Positions 52,756-62,011 of a DNA stretch of 64,000 nt are shown in pieces (within the stretch, counting starts at the first letter, position 1; the number at the start of each line of letters is the position of its first letter). This stretch comes from an uncultured Alphaproteobacteria bacterium. GTDB lineage: Bacteria; Pseudomonadota; Alphaproteobacteria; Rhodobacterales; Rhodobacteraceae. Made by a program: the position numbers and the translations under genes. The DNA lies in the NCBI GenBank assembly GCA_963702145.1, contig OY969718.1:938247-1002246 (forward strand), in the 5' to 3' direction. Under the pieces are notes generated by a model that searched no databases, had not been told where the DNA came from, and saw nothing but the letters and a program-made list of their open reading frames with translations.

Positions 52756-53952
52756 ATGGGCAAGCCGGTCGAAGATCGAGTCCCGCAGGAGGACGGGTCG
52801 CATGCGTCCGGCCTGCCCTACGATCCCGAGCAATGGGAGCGGCGGCTCGAGCGGGCGCGGGCCGAGCGCGCCGAGGTGCTTCGCCGCCGGCGTGACGGGG
52901 AGGTTGCGGCCACCGACACGGCGCCGGAGGCCGCCGTGGCCGCGAGTTCCGCGACCGGGGCGCGTATCCTCCGGGCTCCGGCGGAAGGGCGCGCGCCGCA
53001 GGCCGCGAAGCCGCCGATCGTCGATTCGGCCGACCGGCCGATCCGTCCGCCCGAGACGCCCTGGAAGCTCCTCGCATTCACATGCCTCGGCGTGTCGCTC
53101 CTGTGCATCGGCATCGCGATCGGCGCGACGATGGCGGGCCGGTGGCGGCCCCTCGCGGAGGATGCCGGGGCGCCCGCGACGATCACGGTCGAAGCCGGTC
53201 CGATGCCGTCGGCCGCCGCCGCGCCGGAGGTCGACAGGCCGGCCGAGGCGGCACGGCCCGCGCCGGCCATTGCGGACGCTTTGGCGGACTCCGATGTGGC
53301 ACAACGCGGCGATCCGGACCTTCGGGAGCTTGCCGGGGATCCGACGCCACCCGCGGCGGAGACGTCGGAGACCGAGGCAGTGGAGCCGTCCGGACCGGTT
53401 TCGGAACCCGCACGGACCGATGCTCCGAGGGTCGAGATCGTGCTGCCGTCGGAGGCGGGACGGGCCGACCCGACGGCTTCGCCCGGCGACGCGAAGGCGG
53501 ACACCGACGCGGCCGAGGACGTCCTCGGTGCGAACGACGCTCCCCCGGAGGACACGTCCGTGTTGCCCGCGGCGCTGACGAACGGCGTCGATCTCGTCGT
53601 CCACGCGCCGCGGAGCGTGAACGCGGCAGCGCGCGAGGCACTGTCGGAGGCGCTCCGCTCGGCCGACTTCGCGGTGAACGCGCCGCTCACCGTCAACCTG
53701 ACGATCAGCGAGACGCATCTGCGGTACTATCACGCGGCGGACGAGGCGGCGGCCACCGCGATCGCGTCCGTCCTGGGCGTCCCGGCGCGCGACTTCACTT
53801 CGTTCCGGCCCTCCCCGCGCGACGGTCTCGTGGAGGTCTGGATGGCCGGGCACGGGACGACGCGCCGGGAGAGCCCGCGAGAGGCCGGACCGGGGGATCT
53901 ACCCGCCTTGATCTCGCGTATCCGGAACGCGATTCAGCGGAACCGGCCGTAG
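52756..53952 (+). CDS. Membrane-anchored hypothetical protein with acidic linker and LytR_C-like C-terminal domain
   Basis: Single TM (LLAFTCLGVSLLCIGIAIG), long low-complexity linker, then ISETHLRYYHAADEAAATAIASVLG...GLVEVWMAG. Confidence 0.6.
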   Translation: MGKPVEDRVPQEDGSHASGLPYDPEQWERRLERARAERAEVLRRRRDGEVAATDTAPEAAVAASSATGARILRAPAEGRAPQAAKPPIVDSADRPIRPPETPWKLLAFTCLGVSLLCIGIAIGATMAGRWRPLAEDAGAPATITVEAGPMPSAAAAPEVDRPAEAARPAPAIADALADSDVAQRGDPDLRELAGDPTPPAAETSETEAVEPSGPVSEPARTDAPRVEIVLPSEAGRADPTASPGDAKADTDAAEDVLGANDAPPEDTSVLPAALTNGVDLVVHAPRSVNAAAREALSEALRSADFAVNAPLTVNLTISETHLRYYHAADEAAATAIASVLGVPARDFTSFRPSPRDGLVEVWMAGHGTTRRESPREAGPGDLPALISRIRNAIQRNRP

Positions 53953-54367
53953 CCAAAGGCCGTCGCGAAATCTGTGATCATGGCGATCTGTATCGTGAGC
54001 CAGCACTTGGCCGAGGCGACTTCGAGCCGCGTGCTTCGTATGCCCTGACAGTCAGAAATCCGTGCCGGCCATGAAGCTTGTCCGGGGGCATCCTCGGTCA
54101 CATTCGACGCGCTGCGCTAGCTGATGCGGGGGTAGCCCCCGAAGCGCCGCAACGCTGCCGAACAGTGTGACGGCGAGCCAGACCTTGTTCATGCCCCCGT
54201 CTTCTTCGCATGGCGGGCCATGTCGAGAGCATCGAACTGGGCACATATGACGGCGGGGACCCGCGAGAGGTCCGACAGCCAGTGCATTCAGCGCGGGATC
54301 GCTCTCGTCGTTTAACGCCGCTTAGGCGGGCGACGCGGCAATTCCGAAGCTGTTGCGTCGGAATGCG

Positions 54368-54393
54368 AAAAGGCCGCCCCGGCGGGACGGCCT
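54368..54393 (-). terminator. Putative intrinsic terminator of rpsD
   Basis: AGGCCG...CGGCCT stem followed by TTTT on the minus strand, about 25 bp past the rpsD stop. Confidence 0.6.
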
Positions 54394-54417
54394 CTCGATC
54401 CGAGCGGGATGCGCCGA

Positions 54418-55038
54418 TCAGTTCTGCGCGTAGTATTCGATGACGAGATTCGGTTCCATCACCACCGCGTAGGGCACGTCGGACAGGCCGGGCGTGCGCA
54501 CGAAGGACGCAGTCATCTTGGAATGGTCGGCCTCGAGGTAGTCCGGCACGTCACGCTCGGCCATGCCGACGGATTCGAGCACGATGGCGAGCTGCTTGGA
54601 CTTGTCACGGACGGCGATCACGTCGCCTTCCTTGACGCGGTAGGAGGGGATGTTCACCCGCTGACCGTTCACGGTGACGTGGCCGTGGTTCACGAACTGG
54701 CGCGCGGCAAAAACGGTCGGCACGAACTTGGCACGGTAGACCACGGTGTCGAGCCGGCGTTCCAGCAGACCGATGAGCAACTCGCCGGTATCACCGCGCT
54801 GACGCTCGGCCTCGGCGTAGATGCGACGGAACTGCTTCTCGGTCAGGTCGCCGTAATGACCTTTCAGCTTCTGCTTGGCACGCAGCTGCAGGCCGAAATC
54901 GGACATCTTGCCCTTGCGCCGCTGGCCGTGCTGGCCGGGGCCGTATTCGCGGCGGTTGACCGGGCTCTTCGCGCGGCCCCAGATGTTCTCGCCCATGCGG
55001 CGGTCGAGCTTGTACTTGGCAGAGGTGCGTTTGGTCAC
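54418..55038 (-). CDS. rpsD: 30S ribosomal protein S4
   Basis: [43 protein letters not shown]. Confidence 0.99.
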   Translation of the reverse strand: MTKRTSAKYKLDRRMGENIWGRAKSPVNRREYGPGQHGQRRKGKMSDFGLQLRAKQKLKGHYGDLTEKQFRRIYAEAERQRGDTGELLIGLLERRLDTVVYRAKFVPTVFAARQFVNHGHVTVNGQRVNIPSYRVKEGDVIAVRDKSKQLAIVLESVGMAERDVPDYLEADHSKMTASFVRTPGLSDVPYAVVMEPNLVIEYYAQN

Positions 55039-55154
55039 CGTCTGATCTCCTTCGTCTGGGCCCCTAGCGGGGCATGAAGGGCGTTGTCCTCTGACGCGCA
55101 GGCACGTCTGACAGGCATCCCCTCGCGGGGGCCACCAACACCAATGGAAGCCGC

Positions 55155-55183
55155 CCTGTAGGCGGCGTTCTGGACAGTGTCAA
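55155..55183 (-). promoter_or_regulatory. Sigma70-type promoter of rpsD (TTGACA-N17-TACAGG)
   Basis: Perfect -35 at 55183-55178, 17-bp spacer, -10 TACAGG at 55160-55155. Confidence 0.6.
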
Positions 55184-55410
55184 CCGGACCCCCGGGCGAT
55201 CGAGCATGCCAACGGGCGGACAAGCTGCTGCCGTCCGCCCGTGCCTGTGAAAAGAGGATGCGCCCGCACTTACCCCCGCGCGCCAAGACATCCCTGCCTC
55301 AGGGTTACCGTTTGTTATTCTTCGTATTTCCGGCCACTGCCCGACCGCTGATCGTTCATAACCCATGGTAGAATCGCGCGTCAAACATTGATTCGGACCC
55401 GGATCGGATA

Positions 55411-55902
55411 TTATCCGATGCGACCGGCTGTCGCGGGCAAGCCTATGAGCGCTTCCGTACGAAAACCGTTGAATTCGAGGACGTCGAGGGCAGCCCGCCA
55501 ACGGTCTTCCGCTACGTCAGTTCCACGGTCGAGAATGCGCGCAATTCCGCCGTCGGGGCTCGCCACGATGGCGGTACGGTTATCGGCGTCGATCCAGAGT
55601 ATCCAGAGCGCGGTTCCGTCCGACAGGGCCAGCCGACCGGGCCCGGCGAGTGTCGCGCCGCGGCGTCGGCGCCCGTCGGCGCAGAGTTCTTCCAGAAAGA
55701 GACCCGCGCCAGTGACGGTCACATCGAGCACGGGGCACGGGGCCGTATCCGGCAGATGCGCGATCTCGTACCAGCGACCGGAAAACCCTGCGGGGTCGAA
55801 GTCGGCCTTGGACGCGATGGTGATATCGGGGTCGCGGAACGTCTGCGTCGGCGTGGCCGGCGCGCAGGCAACGAGAAGTCCGAGGAGGAGCAGGCCGCGC
55901 AT
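55411..55902 (-). CDS. Lipocalin (Blc-like) lipoprotein
   Basis: Lipobox LVAC, FSGRWYEIA (GxW lipocalin motif), LWILWIDADNRTAIV, ILDRG. Confidence 0.85.
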   Translation of the reverse strand: MRGLLLLGLLVACAPATPTQTFRDPDITIASKADFDPAGFSGRWYEIAHLPDTAPCPVLDVTVTGAGLFLEELCADGRRRRGATLAGPGRLALSDGTALWILWIDADNRTAIVASPDGGIARILDRGTDVAEDRWRAALDVLEFNGFRTEALIGLPATAGRIG

Positions 55903-55905
55903 GTC

Positions 55906-56571
55906 TCAGCGCGGCATCGGGATCTCGACCATCGGCAGGCCGGCGAGGATGGCGCGGGCGCCGCTGCCCATCAGTTCGGTCAGCGCCCGGTCGCGCGAGC
56001 GCAGCCCGCCGGTATAGGTTCCGTAGGCGGGAAGGATCAGCCGCCGGTCGTCGCGCAGGAAGCAGGGACGGGAGATCGCGCGGCCCCGGACCGAGAGGGA
56101 AGCCTTCGGATGGTAGTGCCCGGAGACCTCAAACGTCCCGTCGTCGGTCGCGATGTGCCGGAAGGTCATCGGCCCGCAGGTCACTCCCTCCGCGGCGTGT
56201 CCGCCGAGCCCCGTCGGCGCGGGATCGTGGTTGCCGGTCACCCAGGTCCAGTCGCGCCCCGCGACGAGGCGTTCGAGCCAGTCGCGGAAAGCGGGGGCCA
56301 GGCCCTCGGCCGCGGCCATGTCGTCGAAGCTGTCGCCGAGCGAGATCACGGCGGCGGGGTCGGTCTCGTGGATGTCGGCCTCGAGCCGGGTCAGCGTGTC
56401 CACCACTTCGTAGGGCGGCAGGAGCGCGCCGCCGCGGCGCGCGATCCGCTCGGACTTGCCCAGATGCAGGTCGCTGACGACGAGGAGGTGCGCGGCCGGC
56501 CAGTGCAGCGCGCCCGAGGGCCGCGCGATCAGCCTTTCGCCGGCGAAGGTGAAGGTATGGCCGTTCCCCAT
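55906..56571 (-). CDS. pdeM: Ligase-associated DNA damage response metallophosphoesterase PdeM
   Basis: VSDLHLGKS, LPPYE, LGDSFDD, TGNHDP, GHYHPK, LPAYGTYTGGL. Confidence 0.93.
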   Translation of the reverse strand: MGNGHTFTFAGERLIARPSGALHWPAAHLLVVSDLHLGKSERIARRGGALLPPYEVVDTLTRLEADIHETDPAAVISLGDSFDDMAAAEGLAPAFRDWLERLVAGRDWTWVTGNHDPAPTGLGGHAAEGVTCGPMTFRHIATDDGTFEVSGHYHPKASLSVRGRAISRPCFLRDDRRLILPAYGTYTGGLRSRDRALTELMGSGARAILAGLPMVEIPMPR

Positions 56572-56619
56572 GCGTTCGGGTGAATCACGGGGGCGGGGCG
56601 GACGCAAGAGGGCGGAGGC

Positions 56620-59043
56620 TCAGTCGGGCGCCAGCCCCGCCTCCGCGAGCAGCTTCGCGGCCTCCTCCTCGATCAGACGGGACTCGGCGCGGCCCTTGAT
56701 CGGGACGATGCCGCGCTCGAGGAAGAGGGGCGCGGCAAGGGGTGTGACCCGCTCGAGGTCGATCTGGTCGATGCGGTCGCCCACCGTCTCGAGCAGGAGT
56801 TCCACCCGGCCGAAGTCGATATGGCCGCGCATCGCCTCCTCCTCGGTGATCTTCAGCATCAGGTGTTCGGGATCGTAACGATGGAGCGTGTCGTAGAGGA
56901 TATCCGAAGAGAAGGTCGCCTGCTTGCCGGAAGACCGCTTGCCCGGGAAGTTGCGGTCGATCAGCCCGGCGACGATGGCGGCGTTGCGGAAGGTGCGCTT
57001 CATCACCGCGTTGCCGCGGAGCCAGGATTCGAGCGCGTCCCGCACCCCCTCGTGATGCATGAAGCGGGCGACATCAGCGACCGGCTTCAGTCCGGAGATG
57101 AGGGCTGCGTAGTCCGAGCAGACGAAGGAAAGCGGTTCCAGGCCCGCCTCCTCCATCCCCTTGGTGATGAGGAGCGCGAGCGTCTGGTGGGCGTTGCGCC
57201 CCGCGAAGCCGTAGAGGCAGACGTGGTTGCGGCCGTCGCGTGGGAAGGTCTCGATCAGCAGGCGGCCGGGCTCCGGCATGCGCGAGTACCGGCGCTGCAG
57301 GTCGAGCCAGTCGCGGGTGTGGCCGGGGAAGGCCGTGTAGTCGCCGGCATGCAGAATGCGCTGGATTCGCTCGGCGAGCTGCACCGAGGTCGTCCACTTG
57401 TAGCCGATATAGGTGGCGATCCGCGGCTCCTTCTCGGGGCGGGGGGAGACCTCGACCGTCATCTCGCGCATGTTCTCGAAGCGCACGACCTGCCCACCCA
57501 TCAGGAAGGTGTCGCCGGCGGAGAGCGTGTTCGCGAACCCCTCCTCGATCTCGCCCAACGGCATGCCGCCCCGGCCCTTCATGCGGACCTTCAGGTTGTC
57601 GGTATCGATGATGGTGCCGATGTTCATGCGGATCTGGCGCGCGGCGCGCGGGTCGCGCAGGCCCCACAGGCCGGGCGCGCGTTCCTTGAGCCGCTGGTAG
57701 CGGTCGTAGGCGCGCAACGCGTAGCCACCGGTGGCGACGAACTCGAGGCATTCGTCGAAGGCGGCGCGGGTGAGCGTGGCGAAGGGCCCGACGGAGCGCA
57801 CTTCCGCGAAGAGTGTGTCGTCCTCGAAATCGCCCGCGCAGGCGACGATGGCGATATGTTGGCAGAGCACGTCGCGTGGCCCGTCGAGCCGCAGGTCGCC
57901 GTCGAGGTCGCCCTCGCGCACCGCGTCCAGCGCGGCCACGCATTCCACGACCTCGAACCGGTTCGCGGGAACGAGGCGGGCCTTGGAGGGCGCATTGTAA
58001 CGGTGGTTGGCCCGCCCGATCCGCTGGACGAGGTTCTTCACCTTCTTCGGTGCGCCGATCTGGATCACGAGGTCGACGTCGCCCCAGTCGATCCCCAGAT
58101 CGAGGCTGCCCGTCGCGACGATGGCCTTGAGCTCGCCCTTGACCATCGCCGCCTCCACCCGCTGCCGCGCCTCCTTGGAGAGGGCGCCGTGATGGATGCC
58201 GATGGGCAGGTCGCCCTCGTTGGCGAGCCAAAGGTTGTGGAAGAAGATCTCCGCCTGCGCGCGGGTGTTGTGGAAGACGAGCGTGGTGTTGTGCCGCTCG
58301 ATCTCGCGCAGCACGTCCGGGATGGCGTAGCGCCCGCCCGAACCGGCCCAGGGGGGCGCGTCGGTGGTGGGCAGGATGTCGATGTCCGGAGCCGGACCGG
58401 GATCGGCGTCGAGGATCGGGCAGGGATCGGGATGGCGCGCGAGGTAGTGCGCGATCACGCCCGGGTCGTCCACGGTGGCTGACAGGCCGACGCGCCGCAG
58501 GCCGGGGGCGATCGTCTGCAGCCGCGACAGCGCGAGCATGAGCTGATCGCCGCGCTTGTTCTCCGCGAGCGCGTGAATCTCGTCGACGACAATGCGCTTC
58601 AGCCCGGCAAAGGTGCGGTGCGCGTCCGGATAGCTGATCATCAGCGCGAGCGATTCCGGGGTCGTCAGCAGGATATGCGGCGGGTCGGCGCGCTGGCGCT
58701 TGCGTACGGTCTGCGAGGTGTCGCCGGTCCGGTCCTCGACCCGGATCGGCAGGCCGGCCTCCTCGATGGGGGTGCGTAGGTTGCGCTTGATGTCGTTGGC
58801 GAGCGCCTTGAGCGGGCTCACATAGAGCGTGTGCAGCCCCTCGTGGCCGCCCTCCGCGAGTTCCGCCAGCGTCGGCAGGAACCCGGCCAGCGTCTTGCCG
58901 CCGCCCGTGGGCGCGATGAGCAGGAGCGAGGGCGCGGCGGCGCGCGCCAGCATCTCCCGCTGGTGCGGATGCAGGACCCAGTGGCGGCGCGCGAAGAAGT
59001 CGGCGAGCGGGGCTGGCAGGTCCGGGGGGGCGGGTGCGTCCAT
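56620..59043 (-). CDS. Ligase-associated DNA damage response DEXH-box helicase (Lhr-core)
   Basis: APTGGGKT, SPLKAL, DEIH, GLSAT, ATGSLDLGIDWG, QRIGRANH. Confidence 0.95.
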   Translation of the reverse strand: MDAPAPPDLPAPLADFFARRHWVLHPHQREMLARAAAPSLLLIAPTGGGKTLAGFLPTLAELAEGGHEGLHTLYVSPLKALANDIKRNLRTPIEEAGLPIRVEDRTGDTSQTVRKRQRADPPHILLTTPESLALMISYPDAHRTFAGLKRIVVDEIHALAENKRGDQLMLALSRLQTIAPGLRRVGLSATVDDPGVIAHYLARHPDPCPILDADPGPAPDIDILPTTDAPPWAGSGGRYAIPDVLREIERHNTTLVFHNTRAQAEIFFHNLWLANEGDLPIGIHHGALSKEARQRVEAAMVKGELKAIVATGSLDLGIDWGDVDLVIQIGAPKKVKNLVQRIGRANHRYNAPSKARLVPANRFEVVECVAALDAVREGDLDGDLRLDGPRDVLCQHIAIVACAGDFEDDTLFAEVRSVGPFATLTRAAFDECLEFVATGGYALRAYDRYQRLKERAPGLWGLRDPRAARQIRMNIGTIIDTDNLKVRMKGRGGMPLGEIEEGFANTLSAGDTFLMGGQVVRFENMREMTVEVSPRPEKEPRIATYIGYKWTTSVQLAERIQRILHAGDYTAFPGHTRDWLDLQRRYSRMPEPGRLLIETFPRDGRNHVCLYGFAGRNAHQTLALLITKGMEEAGLEPLSFVCSDYAALISGLKPVADVARFMHHEGVRDALESWLRGNAVMKRTFRNAAIVAGLIDRNFPGKRSSGKQATFSSDILYDTLHRYDPEHLMLKITEEEAMRGHIDFGRVELLLETVGDRIDQIDLERVTPLAAPLFLERGIVPIKGRAESRLIEEEAAKLLAEAGLAPD

Positions 59044-59082
59044 CCCGTCTAGCCTAGCGCCGCCGCCGGGCGGGGGAAGCCC

Positions 59083-59481
59083 TCAGCGGCGGGCGCGTTC
59101 CGCGCGGTAGAACTCCGCGAGGCGCGCGGCGGTGAGCGCGTCGGGGCCGCCGGTCCCGGCGATGCGTTCCTGCGCCCGGATCTCCTCGGCGAGCTCGTGC
59201 GTCGCCATCGCGGCGGCGCCGGCGGCGATGACATGGTGCAGATCGGCCGGGTCGCAGCCCGTCGTCGCGCAGGCGTCCGCAAGCGCCATGTCGAGCGTGG
59301 CGCCGGCGGCCACGGAGGCGACTTGCGCGAGGCTGTCGGCGACCATCGTCTCGACGGTCGCGGCCTTGGCCTGCAAGCCGCCCCACACGCCGAGCCCGGC
59401 CACGAGCGACGCGATCAGCAGCAGGATATAAAGGACGAGGCGCCGGAAGAGGCCGGGGCCGTCCGCATCGTGCCTGATCAT
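59083..59481 (-). CDS. Hypothetical single-TM protein
   Basis: ATG after a GGAAGGAG RBS. TM LVLYILLLIASLVAGLGVWG, then an Ala-rich region with CATTGC. Confidence 0.55.
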   Translation of the reverse strand: MIRHDADGPGLFRRLVLYILLLIASLVAGLGVWGGLQAKAATVETMVADSLAQVASVAAGATLDMALADACATTGCDPADLHHVIAAGAAAMATHELAEEIRAQERIAGTGGPDALTAARLAEFYRAERARR

Positions 59482-59588
59482 CGCGCGCTCCTTCCCGGTC
59501 TTGTTGGCGCAGGACAGGATCGACGCCGAATCGGGCTGAAAGAGGGCGAAGTGCGGCAGGTCGGTCACGGCCGCGCCGATTTGCGTGC

Positions 59589-59798
59589 TCATGTGCCATC
59601 CACCGGGTCGTGCGCGCTTCGAGAAACGCCTTCGGGATCGCAGGATCGGCCGCCGACGTCCGATACCATGCCGGGAATGCCTTTCGGGACAGCCACGCCG
59701 GGCCGGATTGCGGGAAGAGCGGATTCGTGAGGCAGGATCATCGGACGGCGCTCCGGCGGGACGCCTTTTTGGTTGGCATCGAAAGGTTGCGATTCCAT
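59589..59798 (-). pseudogene. Possible relic of the Tad-locus-associated ATPase N-terminus
   Basis: MVSDVGGRSCDPEGVSR resembles the recalled VSEIARAICLPVPVTQ of the ATPase that usually follows cpaA. The start is 6 bp after the cpaA stop. Confidence 0.3.
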
Positions 59799-59804
59799 GA
59801 AGGC

Positions 59805-60329
59805 TCAGCCCGCCGCCGCCAGACCGAGATAGGTGAGTTGCGTCGCGGCGAGCGTGACGCCCATCGGGAAGTCCTTGGGTTCAGACCAACTCGTCCAATG
59901 CGGCGTGCGGCTACGGATCGCGGGAAAGCGACGGGCGAGGCGATGCAGGGCGAAGGTGACGAGCAGCAGCGCGGCGAAGAGGAACAGGAATTCCGCGAGA
60001 TCGGGATGCGCCACGAAGGGTGCGATCGCGACCGCGAACTTGGCGTCGCCCGATCCGACGGCACGCAGGGTCGAGAGCAGGAACCCGGCGATCAGGACCA
60101 CGACCACATGCACGTATCGCCAGAAGTATTCCCCCATCGGAAGGAGGAAGGGCCCCGCGACAACGAAGATCGCGAAGAGCGCCAGAACCGCTTCGTTGCG
60201 GATCGGCATCGTGCTCAGATCCGTGTAGGCAACCCAGAGGCAGATCGGCAGCGAGAGCAGGCCGAAAACCGCCCCTTGCAGCGGCGTGGTCGCGAGGGAC
60301 GTTAGCAGCCCGATCAACGGCTCAGGCAT
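59805..60329 (-). CDS. cpaA: Prepilin peptidase, A24 family (CpaA/TadV)
   Basis: WVAYTDL..M.IRN and GSGDAKF carry both catalytic Asp residues. C-terminal DFPMGVTL. Confidence 0.9.
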   Translation of the reverse strand: MPEPLIGLLTSLATTPLQGAVFGLLSLPICLWVAYTDLSTMPIRNEAVLALFAIFVVAGPFLLPMGEYFWRYVHVVVVLIAGFLLSTLRAVGSGDAKFAVAIAPFVAHPDLAEFLFLFAALLLVTFALHRLARRFPAIRSRTPHWTSWSEPKDFPMGVTLAATQLTYLGLAAAG

Positions 60330-60700
60330 CTAGCGGTCGGGGTCGAAAGGTTGCGGCGGAATAAAGGGGATACGCGGCGGTCACATCGACGAGCGGCCCG
60401 GGCCCGGCCCAGGTTGCGCTTCGCCGAGGCGTCGGGGACGCTGCGGCCTGGGGAAACTGCGCCATCACTTCCTGCGTCATCGGCAGGATTGGCAAAGCGT
60501 GGTCCTGCCGTACACTACGGGTCCAGCTAAGGGCGCTGGGGACGGCCATCGCTTTTATCGGGGTGATGTCGCGCGTAGAACGAATGCTTTCCGATACGGC
60601 CTCGGCGCCACCGCTCCGGGAGGGGCATTGTACTGCCTGATGGCCCATGGACGTCCTTCCCCCTTTTTGCCTCGTTTCTCGCAGAGGCTGATCGAACGGG
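60322..60700 (-). pseudogene. Eroded TadD-like TPR protein gene upstream of cpaA
   Basis: QDHALPILPMTQEVMAQF and LVDVTAAYPLY resemble the recalled NYSLPVIPMTQTERAQL and LREAIETHPQH of Rhodobacteraceae Tad TPR proteins. The stop overlaps the cpaA start. No intact N-terminus. Confidence 0.5.
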
Positions 60701-60935
60701 GACGGGGTGTAGCGCCCGTCCCGTCCCGTCGTGGCGTCAGGCGGAACGTGTCTTTCCGCGACGATCGAGGGGCGGCATGAGCCGCATTTCCGGGCGAAGC
60801 GCCCCGCCGAGCCTTTCTATACCTCACCGTGCGAACGCGGCGGGGACAGGGCTGCCGAGGAATCTGGAAGGGCGGTTCATCGGCCTTAGGAAAAGACGAT
60901 ACGATTACACCTAACGCGACGCGACCCGTTGGTCG

Positions 60936-61163
60936 CTAAGGCGTCAGGGGGCGCGATCCCGTGGCCGGACCGGTTTCGGTCGCGACGACGCGCTCCTGGC
61001 TCGGGCGCGCCTCCATGCGTGCCTTGAAGTTCTCGTCGAGCCCCTTCGAGATCACCCCCGTGACCGCGAGGCCGAGGCCGACGAGCGCGGCGGAAAGGAT
61101 CACCCAGTCGATCGTCACGCTGCCGCGCTCGGCGGTCAGGAAGGCACGGATGGCGTCGGGCAT
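60936..61163 (-). CDS. Flp/Fap-like pilin 1
   Basis: AFLTAERG|SVTIDWVILSAALVGLGLAV: prepilin cleavage Gly followed by a hydrophobic helix. Confidence 0.8.
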   Translation of the reverse strand: MPDAIRAFLTAERGSVTIDWVILSAALVGLGLAVTGVISKGLDENFKARMEARPSQERVVATETGPATGSRPLTP

Positions 61164-61222
61164 GGCTCGGGTCCCCTGTCGAAGCTGGCGTGCCGGTCCG
61201 ACTCGACCGGCTCCGAACAGGG

Positions 61223-62011
61223 TGGCGGGGAAAGGCGGCAGGAATGCGTCGGATTTAGGAAAATGCGATGCAGTTGCGGCAGGATGGCCACAGATGGACG
61301 CGGAAACGCCGGGGAACGGAGACTGCCGGGTGCTGGAGACGATCCGGCCAACAGGGCTCTGAAGCTGGGATGTCTCCCTTACTGGCGGAGGCCGGCCTCG
61401 ACGTCGGGCTGCGAGGCGGCACCGTGCCCCGCTTCCGGTTTCGGCTCGATACGCGTCGAGAACTCATCCGCGCGTGAGGACACGACGCCCATCGCGGCAA
61501 GCCCCAGACCCACGAGGGCGGCGGCCAGTACAACCCAGTCGACGGTAACGGCGCCACTTTCGGCGTATAGGAAGGTCTTGATCGATTTCATCATGGGAAT
61601 GGGTCTTCGTTGCTGTTGTCCTGAACGGATTGTCGGGCGGCGCCCGGTCGATGGGACCAATCTGCCGGGCGAATGCGGCGCAATCTGGATCGGGGTCGGA
61701 CGGACGGATGGCCGATGTCGCGGCTTCATCGCGAATTGTCGGGATCGTCGTGCGGCCGCGATGCAATTCAGGCTTGGAAACGGTGCAGGGGCCGCGCCTG
61801 CCAGCGCGACCCCCTGTCCCTCGGTGCCAGACCCGTGGATGCGGTGACGTTTCCCGTTCGGTTCGCCACGCCCGAAAGCGTCGCAAGGGCTGCTCGATCG
61901 CCACATGTGATGCCCGGATGATCCGGTGCTTGTTGATCCTCGGCCTCGGGACTGTCTGCCGTCGTCCCGTGCCGGGGATGTAGACAAGTGTGCCGGGCAA
62001 ATGCGGCAGGA
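61223..62011 (-). repeat. Three dispersed copies of a 17-21 bp motif (plus strand TG(C/G)CGGG(C/G)(A/G)AA(T/G)GCGGC)
   Basis: Copies at 61223-61243, 61663-61679 and 61991-62011. Copies 2 and 3 share 16/17 bases; copies 1 and 3 share 18/21. Confidence 0.75.
61379..61594 (-). CDS. Flp/Fap-like pilin 2
   Basis: TFLYAESG|AVTVDWVVLAAALVGLGLAAM. Confidence 0.85.
   Translation of the reverse strand: MMKSIKTFLYAESGAVTVDWVVLAAALVGLGLAAMGVVSSRADEFSTRIEPKPEAGHGAASQPDVEAGLRQ

Noticed and set aside
53953-54360. Small ORFs between the LytR_C-like gene and rpsD (e.g. MNKVWLAVTLFGSVAAL...)
   Set aside because: Weak RBS and codon support, with no recognisable homology.
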